From assembly GCA_965140705.1 (NCBI GenBank), contig OZ223301.1, positions 64,001 through 128,000 on the forward strand: a stretch of DNA of 64,000 bases, written 5' to 3'. How positions within the stretch are numbered: the stretch's first letter is position 1; each line of letters opens with the position of its first letter. The DNA comes from an uncultured Arcobacter sp. Lineage in GTDB: Bacteria > Campylobacterota > Campylobacteria > Campylobacterales > Arcobacteraceae. This document shows, piece after piece, positions 51,900 through 62,588 of this stretch. Made by a program: the position numbers and the translations under genes. A model generated the notes under the pieces. The model had not been told where the DNA came from and searched no databases. It saw only the letters and a program-made list of their open reading frames with translations.

Positions 51900-53092
51900 A
51901 TAAGTATAAAATACATTATCAGGAAAAGCAAAAAATCAAATCTAAAGTCATAATAAGTGATGATTTAGAAAAAGAAGAGTTACCTGAAAATATTGTAAAA
52001 ATCAAAAAGATAAAAAAGCTTGAATTTCAAAATATCAAACTTACAAATAGGGCAAGTGAAGAGCAGATTATTGAGCTTTTTGTTCAACTTAGCATAATGT
52101 TGGATTCTAATATTTTATTAATTGATGCCATAAAAATCTTACAAAAGAGCATAAAAAATAGTTATTTGTCAGATATTCTAAACTCCATGGAATTTGCTTT
52201 ACAAAATGGAAGAGCTATTTATAAAGCTTTAGAAAAGTATGAAAAAGATTTGAATCCAATTATAATTCCTTTTTTCAAAATATTTGAAAAAAATGGGAAT
52301 ATAAAAGCCGTTATTGCTGCTTTAGCTACACTTTTAAAAATAAGACTAAAAAATAAAAAAGATTTAAAAAATTCATTGAGATATCCTATAATTGTAATGA
52401 TTACCTTTCTTTTGGCTCTTAGTATGATTTTTATATTTGTAGTACCAAAATTTGAAAATATATTTTTGCAATATCATATGCAACTTCCTCTTTCTACTAT
52501 TTTATTACTTGGCTTAAAGAATTTCTTTTTTAAATACTCCTTATATCTTTTGTTTTTTTCTATTTTGACTTATTTTTTCATAAAATATTTTATCAATAAA
52601 TCTGATAAATTTTCCTATTTTAAAGATGAATTTATTATAAGATATCTCCCTATTGTAGGAAGTTTAACTAAAACATATGAACTCTATAATTTTTTTGTAG
52701 CACTAAATATTTTATTACAATCAAAATATGAATTTCACTTAAGTATGAAAAATGCATTAATTTTAATAAAAAACAAATACCTTTTTGCTAAAATATCGGC
52801 TATTAATGAACATCTTAAAAATGGCAAATCAATTTCATATGCATTTAACTCAACAGAGTTATTTGATGAGTTGGTTATTAGTTTAATAAGAAGTGGTGAA
52901 GCTAGTAATTCTTTGGATATATGTGTAGAGAGATTACAAGTTTTGTATGAAAAAAAGTTTGAAAAAAAGATTAAGTCTTTAACTTCTCTTATCGAACCAA
53001 TCTTTTTTATACTTATTTCATCACTGATATTATGGATTATGCTTGCAATTTTTACTCCCATATGGAATATGAGTGAGATGTTAAATATCTAA
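51896..53092 (+). CDS. GspF/PilC/CtsF-family platform protein
   Basis: QLSIML, L.YP, VVPKF..IF, LP.ST, SGE, LIEP. Confidence 0.9.
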   Translation: MNKYKIHYQEKQKIKSKVIISDDLEKEELPENIVKIKKIKKLEFQNIKLTNRASEEQIIELFVQLSIMLDSNILLIDAIKILQKSIKNSYLSDILNSMEFALQNGRAIYKALEKYEKDLNPIIIPFFKIFEKNGNIKAVIAALATLLKIRLKNKKDLKNSLRYPIIVMITFLLALSMIFIFVVPKFENIFLQYHMQLPLSTILLLGLKNFFFKYSLYLLFFSILTYFFIKYFINKSDKFSYFKDEFIIRYLPIVGSLTKTYELYNFFVALNILLQSKYEFHLSMKNALILIKNKYLFAKISAINEHLKNGKSISYAFNSTELFDELVISLIRSGEASNSLDICVERLQVLYEKKFEKKIKSLTSLIEPIFFILISSLILWIMLAIFTPIWNMSEMLNI

Positions 53093-53101
53093 AGGTAATA
53101 T

Positions 53102-53674
53102 ATGAAAGACGAAAAGAAATTTGAAGACGCGATAAAAAGTGTACTTGAATATGTAGGGGAAGATATAAATAGAGAAGGCTTAGAAAAAACTCCAAGTCGA
53201 GTGAGAAAAGCTTTTGAGTTTATGTGTAGTGGATATAATCAAGACCCAAAAGAGATAATTAATTCAGCACTTTTTACAAGTTCAAATGATGAAATGGTTG
53301 TTATAAAAGATATAGAATTTTACTCTATGTGTGAACATCATATCTTGCCAATTATTGGAAAAGCACATGTGGCATATATCCCAAATGGAAAAGTTGTAGG
53401 GCTTTCAAAGATTCCAAGAGTAGTTGATGTCTTTGCAAGAAGATTACAAATTCAAGAACAAATGACAGAACAAATTTGTGATGCCTTACATGAAGCTTTA
53501 AATCCAAAAGGTGTAGCTGTAATGATAGATGCGCGACATATGTGTATGGAGATGAGAGGAGTTGAGAAAATCTGTTCTACTACTGTTACTTCAGCGCTTA
53601 GAGGGTTATTTAAAAAAGATAAAAAAACAAAAGATGAGTTTCTATCAATTGTAGCTCAATCTTTAAATAAATAA
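53102..53674 (+). CDS. folE: GTP cyclohydrolase I
   Basis: REGL..TP.R, SMCEHH, GLSK, RLQIQE, HMCM.MRG. Confidence 0.97.
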   Translation: MKDEKKFEDAIKSVLEYVGEDINREGLEKTPSRVRKAFEFMCSGYNQDPKEIINSALFTSSNDEMVVIKDIEFYSMCEHHILPIIGKAHVAYIPNGKVVGLSKIPRVVDVFARRLQIQEQMTEQICDALHEALNPKGVAVMIDARHMCMEMRGVEKICSTTVTSALRGLFKKDKKTKDEFLSIVAQSLNK

Positions 53675-53680
53675 TACTTC

Positions 53681-54004
53681 ATGCTTAATTTAGAGCAAAT
53701 CAAAAAAATCAAATTCTCATATTTTGACTCAAATGGATATGTTTATCCATTTGAGATGATTGAGGATAGTTTAAAATTTGAAAATAATGAGTTAAAATGT
53801 TATATGTACTGTAAAGTTACTAATTTAAGTGCAAATGGAGAAGTATATTTGTATTTAAAGATCAAAGATAATGAACTATTTTTTAGAACAAACTATTTTG
53901 CAAATAGTACTGAATACACAAAATTAATAAAAAATGGTGATGATTTAACTTATAAAGTTGATTTTGCTAAAGATTCTTTGGAGTTAACTTTAGAGCAATA
54001 TTAG
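53681..54004 (+). CDS. Hypothetical protein
   Basis: 107-aa ORF directly after folE; no motif recognised. Confidence 0.55.
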   Translation: MLNLEQIKKIKFSYFDSNGYVYPFEMIEDSLKFENNELKCYMYCKVTNLSANGEVYLYLKIKDNELFFRTNYFANSTEYTKLIKNGDDLTYKVDFAKDSLELTLEQY

Positions 54005-55345
54005 TTTTGCTAGCATTAAAAAACTAAAAAAACCAACAATATCAGTTACCGTTGTCAGTAAAACCGTACTTCCAACTGCTGGGTCAATATTATATCTTTT
54101 TAGAAAAAGAGGTATAGTTGCACCAAAGAAACCAGCACTAAAAAGATTAATTATCATAGAAAGAGCTATTACTAATCCTAAAAGAAGTGTGTTAAACCAA
54201 AAGTAAGTAATTATACCAACAACAAGAGCAAATAATACTCCATTGAGTAGGGATACTAAAATCTCTTTCATTATGGCATCTTTTGAATTTTCAAAATCAA
54301 TTTCACCTAAGGCCATTCGTCTAACCATAACCGCTAATGTTTGTGTTCCTGCATTTCCACCCATTGAGGCAACTATTGGCATAAGTACAGCTAGGGCAAC
54401 AAAGGCTTGAATAGTTTGATCAAAAAAGCCAATAACAATAGAAGCCAAAATTGCCGTACCTAAGTTTATAAAAAGCCACATAGCTCTTTTTTTAGCCGTA
54501 AATATAAACGTATCATGTTCAAAGTCATCATGAACCCCAGCTAATTGATACATCTGTTCGGTTGCACTCTCTTCAATTACATCTAAAATATCATCTGATG
54601 TAATTCTACCTATTAGCATATTTTGATAACCTACAACTGCAACAACACTAAGGTCGTATTTTTCAAACTGTTTTGCAACATCTTTTATAAGTTCATCATC
54701 ATTTACTTTATATGGCTTAAATCTTTTCTCTCCATGCTCTTCAATGATTTCTTTATACGTTTTTTTATAATCAAAAATAATTAAATCTTCTAACAAAATA
54801 GAAGCCACTAAAATTTTATTATCATCTACTATATAAACTTGGTGGATATTTTCAAGCTCTTTTTCTTCCTTTGCAATTCTAAGTTTTTCTATTGAGCTAC
54901 TGATTGTTTCATTTAAGTTTGCACTAAAAAGCTCTGTTTGCATATATGCACCAGCTTCTCCAGCTTCATATCTCTTTAGCCAATTAATTTCTTCTTGGTC
55001 ATCAACTTCAAGACCATCAAAAATCTCTTTAGCTTTGTTTTCATTTATCTCTTCTATTTCTTGTAAAATATCTGTTTGATCATCAGATTCTAGTTCGTCA
55101 ACAGCATCTGTAAGTTTCTCAATAGTTAGTTCGTTATAGGCATATTCTCTTAGTTTCTCGGGAAGTTCTAAAATTACATCCCCAAGTATATCTTCAGGTA
55201 AGTTTTTTAATACAAATACAAAATCATCTGGATTCTTTTTTATTATTTTTTTTAAAGAATAAGCTATATCACTTGGATGTAGCTTATCTAACTTTTTTAA
55301 AAGTTCAGTTGGATTTTTTTCTATAGATTTTTCATTTATTTTCAA
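53990..55345 (-). CDS. mgtE: Magnesium transporter MgtE
   Basis: HPSD N-domain, CBS pair, MGGNAGTQ, DPA, TTVTD. Confidence 0.95.
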   Translation of the reverse strand: MKINEKSIEKNPTELLKKLDKLHPSDIAYSLKKIIKKNPDDFVFVLKNLPEDILGDVILELPEKLREYAYNELTIEKLTDAVDELESDDQTDILQEIEEINENKAKEIFDGLEVDDQEEINWLKRYEAGEAGAYMQTELFSANLNETISSSIEKLRIAKEEKELENIHQVYIVDDNKILVASILLEDLIIFDYKKTYKEIIEEHGEKRFKPYKVNDDELIKDVAKQFEKYDLSVVAVVGYQNMLIGRITSDDILDVIEESATEQMYQLAGVHDDFEHDTFIFTAKKRAMWLFINLGTAILASIVIGFFDQTIQAFVALAVLMPIVASMGGNAGTQTLAVMVRRMALGEIDFENSKDAIMKEILVSLLNGVLFALVVGIITYFWFNTLLLGLVIALSMIINLFSAGFFGATIPLFLKRYNIDPAVGSTVLLTTVTDIVGFFSFLMLAKLILL

Positions 55346-55347
55346 AT

Positions 55348-56517
55348 TTACACTTTCAGCAAGCTTTTATTTGGTATTTCTTTTAAGTCTAAAACTTCTT
55401 GTGTTGGATTTTTTCTCTCTTCGTCAAGCTCTTTTGCTAATACTTTTGTATATTTTAGGAATTTTTTCTTTGCATTTCCTTTTAGTTTTGTCTTTGTAAC
55501 TCTTACTATTTTAGCTGGATTTATTGCTCTTCCATTTTTATATAAACCAAAATGCAAATGTGGTCCAGTACTAACACCTGTAGTACCTACATAACCTATA
55601 GTTTGTCCTTGTTTAACTCTACTTCCTACTCTAAGTCCTGGTTTAAATCGGCTTTGATGTGCATATAGTGTTTTATAACCATTTTTATGAACTATTTCAA
55701 TAACATTTCCATATCCACCTTTTCTTCCTCTAAAAACAATTCTTCCATCAGCAGCTGCATGAATAGCTCTTCCTCTAGGAGCTGCATAATCAATACCTAA
55801 GTGAGCCCTATATCTTTTTAATATTGGATGCCATCTTTTTCTTGTAAAAGGACTTGAAATACGAGTATAAATTAGAGGTATTTTAAAGAAGTAGCTTGTT
55901 AAACTCTTACCAGCTTCATTATAATACTTTCCATCATCTTCATTTTTAAATATAAAATACTCTTTGTTTCTTATTTTTACAACTGCCGATATAATATCTG
56001 GTGTGCCATGATATTGACCTAACCTAATTCTTTGTCTGTATTTTATTGTAATAGTGTCATTTTTTCTCATATATTTAAAGTTTACACTTCCACTATATGC
56101 TCGAATGAACTCATTTGCTAATTCACTATTTGATGTTTTATTTAATATATCTTGATAAGGTGAAGAAGTAATAGGAATAGTTACAGTTTCAACAACTTCA
56201 TCAAAAATTATTGGAAGAGTAGAAAATTTATACTCATCACCATCTTTATAAATTTGTAATTGTATCTCTTCTGATACTTCTATTAAGGCTTGTATCAATT
56301 CACCTTTATCATTTTTTGTTTCATAGTATGTTGCACCTGCTCTAATTTCTGAACATAATTCTTTGTCTTCTCTTTCTAAATTAAAATAAAGTTTGTTATC
56401 TATGTTGTTTTCTTGTAGAAATGTTAGAAAGGTATCACCTTTGGGCCAAGACAGTTTTTTTACTTCTAAACTAAATAGTGAGCTCACTATTAATAAAATG
56501 CATATTAAATACTTCAA
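55348..56517 (-). CDS. M23 peptidoglycan D,D-peptidase (Csd3/HdpA-like)
   Basis: W..G.TFLTFL N-domain; HLGID, YAH, STGPHLHFG. Confidence 0.9.
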   Translation of the reverse strand: MKYLICILLIVSSLFSLEVKKLSWPKGDTFLTFLQENNIDNKLYFNLEREDKELCSEIRAGATYYETKNDKGELIQALIEVSEEIQLQIYKDGDEYKFSTLPIIFDEVVETVTIPITSSPYQDILNKTSNSELANEFIRAYSGSVNFKYMRKNDTITIKYRQRIRLGQYHGTPDIISAVVKIRNKEYFIFKNEDDGKYYNEAGKSLTSYFFKIPLIYTRISSPFTRKRWHPILKRYRAHLGIDYAAPRGRAIHAAADGRIVFRGRKGGYGNVIEIVHKNGYKTLYAHQSRFKPGLRVGSRVKQGQTIGYVGTTGVSTGPHLHFGLYKNGRAINPAKIVRVTKTKLKGNAKKKFLKYTKVLAKELDEERKNPTQEVLDLKEIPNKSLLKV

Positions 56518-56581
56518 ATCGTTTCTCTTTTTATTATAAAATCAAGAGTATTATTATACAATTGCAACCTTAAATATAATT

Positions 56582-57556
56582 TTGGAGAAGTTTTTGAAGA
56601 AAATTGCGTTTTTAGTTTTAGTATTATTTAATACATATCTTTTGGCTGATTTTGTAACAATATATAGAACAATGGGAATAGAAGAAGTACAAAAAGAGTT
56701 AGATAAACAGCTTAAGAGTGAAGAATATTGGAGTAAATATTTAGAAAATATTGATGTTAGATATGGATATTATGAATCAAAAAAATATGTATTAGTAGCT
56801 GATAAACTATCAAAAAAGTTTGAACTTTTTAAAAGAGAAGATAAAAAGTTTTTAAAACTTCTTACTCAAACAATGATTAGTGGAGAAAAAGATGGTGATA
56901 AATTTCTAGAAGGAGATTTAAAAACACCTATTGGGGCTTATAAATTAACTAGAAAATTAACTAAACTTGACCAATTTTATGGTCCATTAGCATTAGTAAC
57001 AAATTATCCTAATACTTTTGACAAATCTTTAAATAAAGAAGGTCATGGAATTTGGATTCATGGTATGCCTTTTGAAGAGACTAGAACGGACTATACAAAA
57101 GGTTGTATTGCATTAGATAACAAAAGTTTAGTGACTTTAGACAAAAGTATAAATTATGATGAATCTGTTTTATTGATTTCAGAAAAAGATATTGAACCAA
57201 CAACTAAAAAAGAGATGAGTGAAGTATTGGCTTTCATTTACTCTTGGACTGATGCTTGGAGAACATCTGACACAGATAAATATTTGTCTTATTATTCAAA
57301 AGATTTTAAAAGAGCAAATGGGCAAGACTTTGGTGCTTTTAAAAAACACAAAGAGTATATTTTTTCAAGAAAAGAAGATAAAACAATTAAATTCTCAAAT
57401 ATAAATATAATGCCTTATCCAAACTCTTTTAATAAAAAGATGTTTAAAATAGTTATGGATGAACATTACAAAACAAAATCATATCATTATGATGGGACAA
57501 AAGAGCTTTATATCCAACTAGAAAATGGGAAAATTTCAATCCTTTCTGAGGGTTAA
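56582..57556 (+). CDS. YkuD-fold L,D-peptidase (Pgp2/Csd6-like)
   Basis: EGDLKTP.G.Y, YPN..D, GIWIHG, TKGC; C-terminal NTF2-like W..AW domain. Confidence 0.88.
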   Translation: MEKFLKKIAFLVLVLFNTYLLADFVTIYRTMGIEEVQKELDKQLKSEEYWSKYLENIDVRYGYYESKKYVLVADKLSKKFELFKREDKKFLKLLTQTMISGEKDGDKFLEGDLKTPIGAYKLTRKLTKLDQFYGPLALVTNYPNTFDKSLNKEGHGIWIHGMPFEETRTDYTKGCIALDNKSLVTLDKSINYDESVLLISEKDIEPTTKKEMSEVLAFIYSWTDAWRTSDTDKYLSYYSKDFKRANGQDFGAFKKHKEYIFSRKEDKTIKFSNINIMPYPNSFNKKMFKIVMDEHYKTKSYHYDGTKELYIQLENGKISILSEG

Positions 57557-57617
57557 AACTTTTATTAAATCTTCTTTAGTTATAATCACGCATTAATAAA
57601 ACAACTTAAGGTTAATA

Positions 57618-59828
57618 ATGCAAAAAGAGATGACAACTGAAGAGATGGCTCTTGCCCACTCTTTAACACTTGAAGAGTTAAAAAACATAAGAAATATCCT
57701 AAAAAGAGAACCAAATCATGTAGAAATAGGTATCTTTTCTGCAATGTGGAGTGAACACTGTTCGTACAAATCTAGTAAAAAATATTTAAATGGCTTTCCA
57801 ACTAAAGCACCTTGGGTTATTCAAGGTCCAGGAGAAAATGCCGGAGTTATTGATATTGGTGATGGATATGCTGCTGTATTTAAAATGGAGTCACACAATC
57901 ATCCAAGTTTTATTGAACCTTACCAAGGTGCTGCTACTGGTGTTGGTGGTATTTTAAGAGATGTATTTACAATGGGTGCAAGACCAATTGCAAATATGAA
58001 CTCTATTAGATTTGCTTCTATTGAAGGTGATAGTGAAACTGCTCAAAAACATAGATTTTTACTTCGAGGTGTAGTTGCTGGTATTGGTGGATATGGTAAT
58101 TGTATGGGAGTTCCAACTATTGGTGGAGAGACTACTTTTGAAGAGTGTTATGCTGGAAATAATCTTGTAAATGCATTTACTTTAGGTTTAGCAAAAGCTG
58201 ATGAAATTTTCTACGGAAAAGCTGAAGGTCTTGGAAATCCAGTTATGTATGTAGGTTCTAAAACTGGACGAGATGGTTTAGGTGGAGCAGTTATGTCATC
58301 AGCTTCATTTACAGAAGACTCAGAATCAAAAAGACCAACTGTACAAGTTGGTGATCCCTTTACCGAAAAATTACTTTTAGAAGCTTGTTTAGAGTTATTT
58401 AAAGAAGATTTAATTATTGGTATCCAAGATATGGGTGCAGCAGGGCTTACTTCATCATCATTTGAGATGGCTGGAAGATCTGGTTCTGGTATGATTATGC
58501 ACTTAGATAAAGTTCCAGCAAGAGAAGAGGGGATGACTCCTTATGATTTTATGTTAAGTGAATCACAAGAGAGAATGCTTATTTGTGCTAAAAAAGGTTG
58601 TGAACAAAAGATTATTGATATCTTTGAAAAATGGGAATTAGATGTTGCAGTTATTGGTGAAGTAACAGCAACTGGAAATATGGAACTATTCTGGCATGGG
58701 GAAAAGTGTGCTGAAGTTCCTGTTCAACCAGTATCTGAAGAGGCTCCTATTTTAGATAGACCAGTTAGTGAACCAGCATACTTAAAAGATATCGCAAATA
58801 TAAGTTTAGATAAAAACATCTCAAATCAAGAAGCTTTTGATGCTATGTTTAGCGATATGGAAGTTGTAGATAAGTCTTGGGTTTATTCTCAATATGACTC
58901 AATGGTACAAACAAATACAATCGAAGGACCTGGAAGTTTAGATGGTTCATCAATTAGAATCAAAGAGACAGGTAAAGCGCTTGCTATGAGTGCTGATTGT
59001 AATACAAGACTTTGTTTCATCAACCCAGAATTAGGAGCAGCAGCAGCTGTTATGGAATCTGGAAGAAATGTAGCTATGAGTGGAGCAAGACCAAAAGCAA
59101 TCACAGATTGTCTAAACTTTGGAAACCCACAAAACCCAGAAGTTATGTGGCAGTTTAAAATGGCTTGTGAAGGTATTAAATCAGCTTGTAAAGAGTTATC
59201 AACCCCTGTTATTGGTGGAAATGTATCTTTATACAATGAAACGAATGGAGTAGGGGTTTTCCCAACACCTTCAATTGCAATGGTTGGTGTAAATGAAGAT
59301 GCAAACAAAGTTTTACCTTCAAGATTAAAAGAAGATGGAAACACACTTTTCCTTTTAGGTGATACTAAAGGTGAGTTTGGAGCTTCTTTATATATGAAAA
59401 AAATGTATGACAAAGTAGCTGGTGTTCATCCAGAAGTTGATTTTAAAAAAGAGTTAGCACTTTGGGATACAGTTATTGATGCAAATACATCATCTCTTTT
59501 AGCAAGTGCAAAAGATGTAAATGTTGGTGGATTAGCAATTGCAATTGCTAAGATGGCAGTTGTTGGAAACAAAGGTGTAAATGTATCTGTTGAATTAAAT
59601 GATTCAAAAGATATCTTCTGCGAATCTTTAAGTAGAGCAGTTGTGGAAGTAAAAGAAGAAAACATTGAAGCCTTTACAAAACTTGCAGCCTCTAAAGGTA
59701 TCTCTTGTACAAAAATTGGAACAGTTGGTGGAGATACAATCTCAATCAATGATGTTACAATCTCTTTAGAAAATGCAAAAGATATTTACTTTAATAAATT
59801 TAAAAAAGTTATCGAACAGGACTTATAA
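57618..59828 (+). CDS. purL: Phosphoribosylformylglycinamidine synthase subunit PurL
   Basis: [35 protein letters not shown]. Confidence 0.98.
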   Translation: MQKEMTTEEMALAHSLTLEELKNIRNILKREPNHVEIGIFSAMWSEHCSYKSSKKYLNGFPTKAPWVIQGPGENAGVIDIGDGYAAVFKMESHNHPSFIEPYQGAATGVGGILRDVFTMGARPIANMNSIRFASIEGDSETAQKHRFLLRGVVAGIGGYGNCMGVPTIGGETTFEECYAGNNLVNAFTLGLAKADEIFYGKAEGLGNPVMYVGSKTGRDGLGGAVMSSASFTEDSESKRPTVQVGDPFTEKLLLEACLELFKEDLIIGIQDMGAAGLTSSSFEMAGRSGSGMIMHLDKVPAREEGMTPYDFMLSESQERMLICAKKGCEQKIIDIFEKWELDVAVIGEVTATGNMELFWHGEKCAEVPVQPVSEEAPILDRPVSEPAYLKDIANISLDKNISNQEAFDAMFSDMEVVDKSWVYSQYDSMVQTNTIEGPGSLDGSSIRIKETGKALAMSADCNTRLCFINPELGAAAAVMESGRNVAMSGARPKAITDCLNFGNPQNPEVMWQFKMACEGIKSACKELSTPVIGGNVSLYNETNGVGVFPTPSIAMVGVNEDANKVLPSRLKEDGNTLFLLGDTKGEFGASLYMKKMYDKVAGVHPEVDFKKELALWDTVIDANTSSLLASAKDVNVGGLAIAIAKMAVVGNKGVNVSVELNDSKDIFCESLSRAVVEVKEENIEAFTKLAASKGISCTKIGTVGGDTISINDVTISLENAKDIYFNKFKKVIEQDL

Positions 59829-59829
59829 T

Positions 59830-59852
59830 AAAAAAGGTTTTTTGCCTTTTTT
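59830..59852 (+). terminator. Intrinsic terminator after purL
   Basis: AAAAAAGG-TTTTTTG-CCTTTTTT. Confidence 0.6.
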
Positions 59853-59883
59853 AAACTACTAATCTAATACAATTGGGAACTCA

Positions 59884-60609
59884 ATGGAAAATATAAGCAT
59901 AATAACTATAATAGCAATTGCCTTTTTGGGTTCTTTTGGACATTGTGTTGGAATGTGTGGAGGTATAGTTGTCGCGTATTCAAGTACAAAAATAGACAAC
60001 TCTTGGAATAAAGTAAAACAATCTTTATCTCATCTTTTATATGCCTTTGGAAGAGTTTCTACTTATACAATATTGGGTTTTATTTTTGGATATTTTGGAA
60101 GTGTAGTAACTTTTAATCACACTACAAATGGTATCTTACTTTTAATTACTGGTTTTTTGATGGTTTTAGTTGGATTGTCATTAAGTGGTAAATTAAAATT
60201 CTTAGTTAATATTGAACACTCTGTTTCAAAATCAAAAGTCTATCAACAAACTTTTCGTAAATTATTAGGTTCAAATAGTTTTATTAGTTTTTATTTATTG
60301 GGCATGTTAAATGGACTTTTACCATGTGGTTTTGTTTATGTATTTGCAATAACAGCAGCAAGTACAGGAAGTGCCTTATGGGGTGCTTTTGTTATGCTTA
60401 TTTTTGGACTAAGTACTATTCCTGCAATGTTTTCATTAGGTTTTTTTGTGGGTATTTTTAAACAAATTGCTTTGAGAAATCTTTTTGTTAGTATAGCTGC
60501 AATTTTAGTAATTGTATTTGGTATTTATACAATGTATAATGGTTATGAATTTTTAAGTAATCCTAATAAATCAACTATTACTAGCCATGTTAATTCAATA
60601 AATAATTAG
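59884..60609 (+). CDS. DsbD_2 / TauE-SafE-like membrane protein
   Basis: GSFGHCVGMCGG, Y..GR..TY, NGLLPCG.VY. Confidence 0.85.
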   Translation: MENISIITIIAIAFLGSFGHCVGMCGGIVVAYSSTKIDNSWNKVKQSLSHLLYAFGRVSTYTILGFIFGYFGSVVTFNHTTNGILLLITGFLMVLVGLSLSGKLKFLVNIEHSVSKSKVYQQTFRKLLGSNSFISFYLLGMLNGLLPCGFVYVFAITAASTGSALWGAFVMLIFGLSTIPAMFSLGFFVGIFKQIALRNLFVSIAAILVIVFGIYTMYNGYEFLSNPNKSTITSHVNSINN

Positions 60610-60612
60610 AAA

Positions 60613-62430
60613 TTAAAAAGTAAATACTCTATTTCTTCCATTTCTTTTTGCTTCATATAAAGCTTTATCAGCATTTTTAAATACCTCTTCAAAGGTTTGT
60701 TTTGAGCTTTTGAAACTACTTATTCCAAAAGAAGCAGTTATATGTTTAACAGTAGGGAATTCAGCTTTTTCAATATCTATTCTAAGTTTATCTGCAATAT
60801 TTTCTGCAACTTGTAAATCTTTTGTTTTTAGTAATAAAACAAACTCTTCACCACCCCATCTTGCAAAAATATCATTTTGTCTTATCTTTTTTGAAACAAC
60901 ATTTGTCAACTCTTTTAAAATTTCATCTCCAACATCATGCCCATAAGTATCGTTTACTGATTTAAACTTATCAATATCCAATATAGCAAGACAATAATTA
61001 AAATTTAAAATCTTGTCTTTTATTCTCTCTTGCAAACCTCTTCTATTATGAATACCTGTTAGAGCATCATAATATGCTTTTGTTCGTAAATTATTATTTG
61101 TAGTAGTAAGTTTTTCATTTCTATCTCTTAAAATTACTAAAAGGTGGTTGAAAAATTTAGCTACTATTCCTACTTCTGTATCTCTTTCTTCATGAATCTT
61201 TTTATGAAGATTTCCAGTTTTCATTATATTTACAATGCTTTCAATAGTATCAACCCAAGGAAGTTTTGCATTATGCTCACTTCTATTTAATCCTAATACT
61301 TCATGTTTTTTACTAACCCTTAATAAGTTTATTCTATATAAAAAGTAAAATAAAAAAAGACCTAATGAAAATGCAAAAACAAAAGCAACTACTACACCTA
61401 ATGTTTGTACATAAATAAAGTGTGCTCTAGTAAAGTTTTCTGGAAGTTTTCCTAATATTCCAACGGCAATTGTTCCCCATGCACCTGCAAAACCATGTAT
61501 ACTAACAACACTTAGGGGATCGTCTATTTTAAGTTTTTTTACTAAAAACTGGTCACTATAGTGCATCACATAAGCAGATACAAAACCTACAAAAGCAGAT
61601 TGTGCGATAGTTAATTCATAACATCCTGCTGTAATTCCTACTAGTCCGGCAATAATACCAAAACTAAATAGTTCAACATCAACTTTCTCTTTATTGTATA
61701 AGGTTATACTCCATGCTCCAAAACCACCAAAAACAGCTGATAAAAGAGTATTTAATAATATAGAAGTTACCGAAAAATTAAATTTTAAAAGACTTCCTGC
61801 ATTGAACCCAAACCAAGCAAAAAATAGCATAAATACACCAAAGACAATAAAGTTGTGGTTACTAGGAGCAAAATATTTTATTTTTCCATTTTTTTTAAAT
61901 TTACCAAGTCTTGGACCTAAAACAATTGTTCCAGCTAATCCAATCCAAGCACCAAGTGAATGAACAACAGTAGAACCTGCAAAATCAATAAATCCAAGCT
62001 CTTTTAACCAACCAGTATCATTCCATGCCCAATGTCCGAATATTGGATAGATAATAGCAGATACTATTATGGAAACTACAATATAACTACTAAATTTTAT
62101 TCTCTCAGCTACTGCACCTGAGATGATGGTTATGGCAGTTGCTGCAAACATTGCTTGGAAGAAAAATATAGCATTTTCCTGTAAATCTAGACCATCAATC
62201 AAAAACTTATTGTGTCCGATAAGTCCAAAATTATCAGTTCCAAACATTATTCCAAAGCCAATAATCCAAAAGAAAATTATACTAAATACAGTATCAATAA
62301 GATTTTTCATGGCTACATTAATAGTATTTTTAGTTCTTACTGTTCCTGTTTCTACAAGTGCAAATCCAAGTTGCATCATAAATACTAAAAATCCACAAAG
62401 CAAAATCCATAATAAATCCATATTGTTCAT
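60613..62430 (-). CDS. Ammonium transporter domain fused to GGDEF diguanylate cyclase
   Basis: Start at MNNMD (62430); Amt motifs FMMQLGF, SGAVAER, DFAGSTVVH, WFGFN, DD...V.IHG; DALTG, DIDKFK.VND.YGH, RWGGEEF. Confidence 0.93.
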   Translation of the reverse strand: MNNMDLLWILLCGFLVFMMQLGFALVETGTVRTKNTINVAMKNLIDTVFSIIFFWIIGFGIMFGTDNFGLIGHNKFLIDGLDLQENAIFFFQAMFAATAITIISGAVAERIKFSSYIVVSIIVSAIIYPIFGHWAWNDTGWLKELGFIDFAGSTVVHSLGAWIGLAGTIVLGPRLGKFKKNGKIKYFAPSNHNFIVFGVFMLFFAWFGFNAGSLLKFNFSVTSILLNTLLSAVFGGFGAWSITLYNKEKVDVELFSFGIIAGLVGITAGCYELTIAQSAFVGFVSAYVMHYSDQFLVKKLKIDDPLSVVSIHGFAGAWGTIAVGILGKLPENFTRAHFIYVQTLGVVVAFVFAFSLGLFLFYFLYRINLLRVSKKHEVLGLNRSEHNAKLPWVDTIESIVNIMKTGNLHKKIHEERDTEVGIVAKFFNHLLVILRDRNEKLTTTNNNLRTKAYYDALTGIHNRRGLQERIKDKILNFNYCLAILDIDKFKSVNDTYGHDVGDEILKELTNVVSKKIRQNDIFARWGGEEFVLLLKTKDLQVAENIADKLRIDIEKAEFPTVKHITASFGISSFKSSKQTFEEVFKNADKALYEAKRNGRNRVFTF

Positions 62431-62588
62431 AAGTAACTTCCTAATGTAACATATAGGAAAAATAGTATCAAAAAACAAAGATTATAAAATCTAAAATTTG
62501 TATATAAAATATACAGTTTTTTCAAAAGCAACTCCTAATTACTTTTTTTGTATAATCACGAAAAATTATAAATAACAGAGGAATTAAT

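Noticed and set aside
58889..59749. Antisense ORFs of 174 and 107 aa
   Set aside because: Shadow frames of purL
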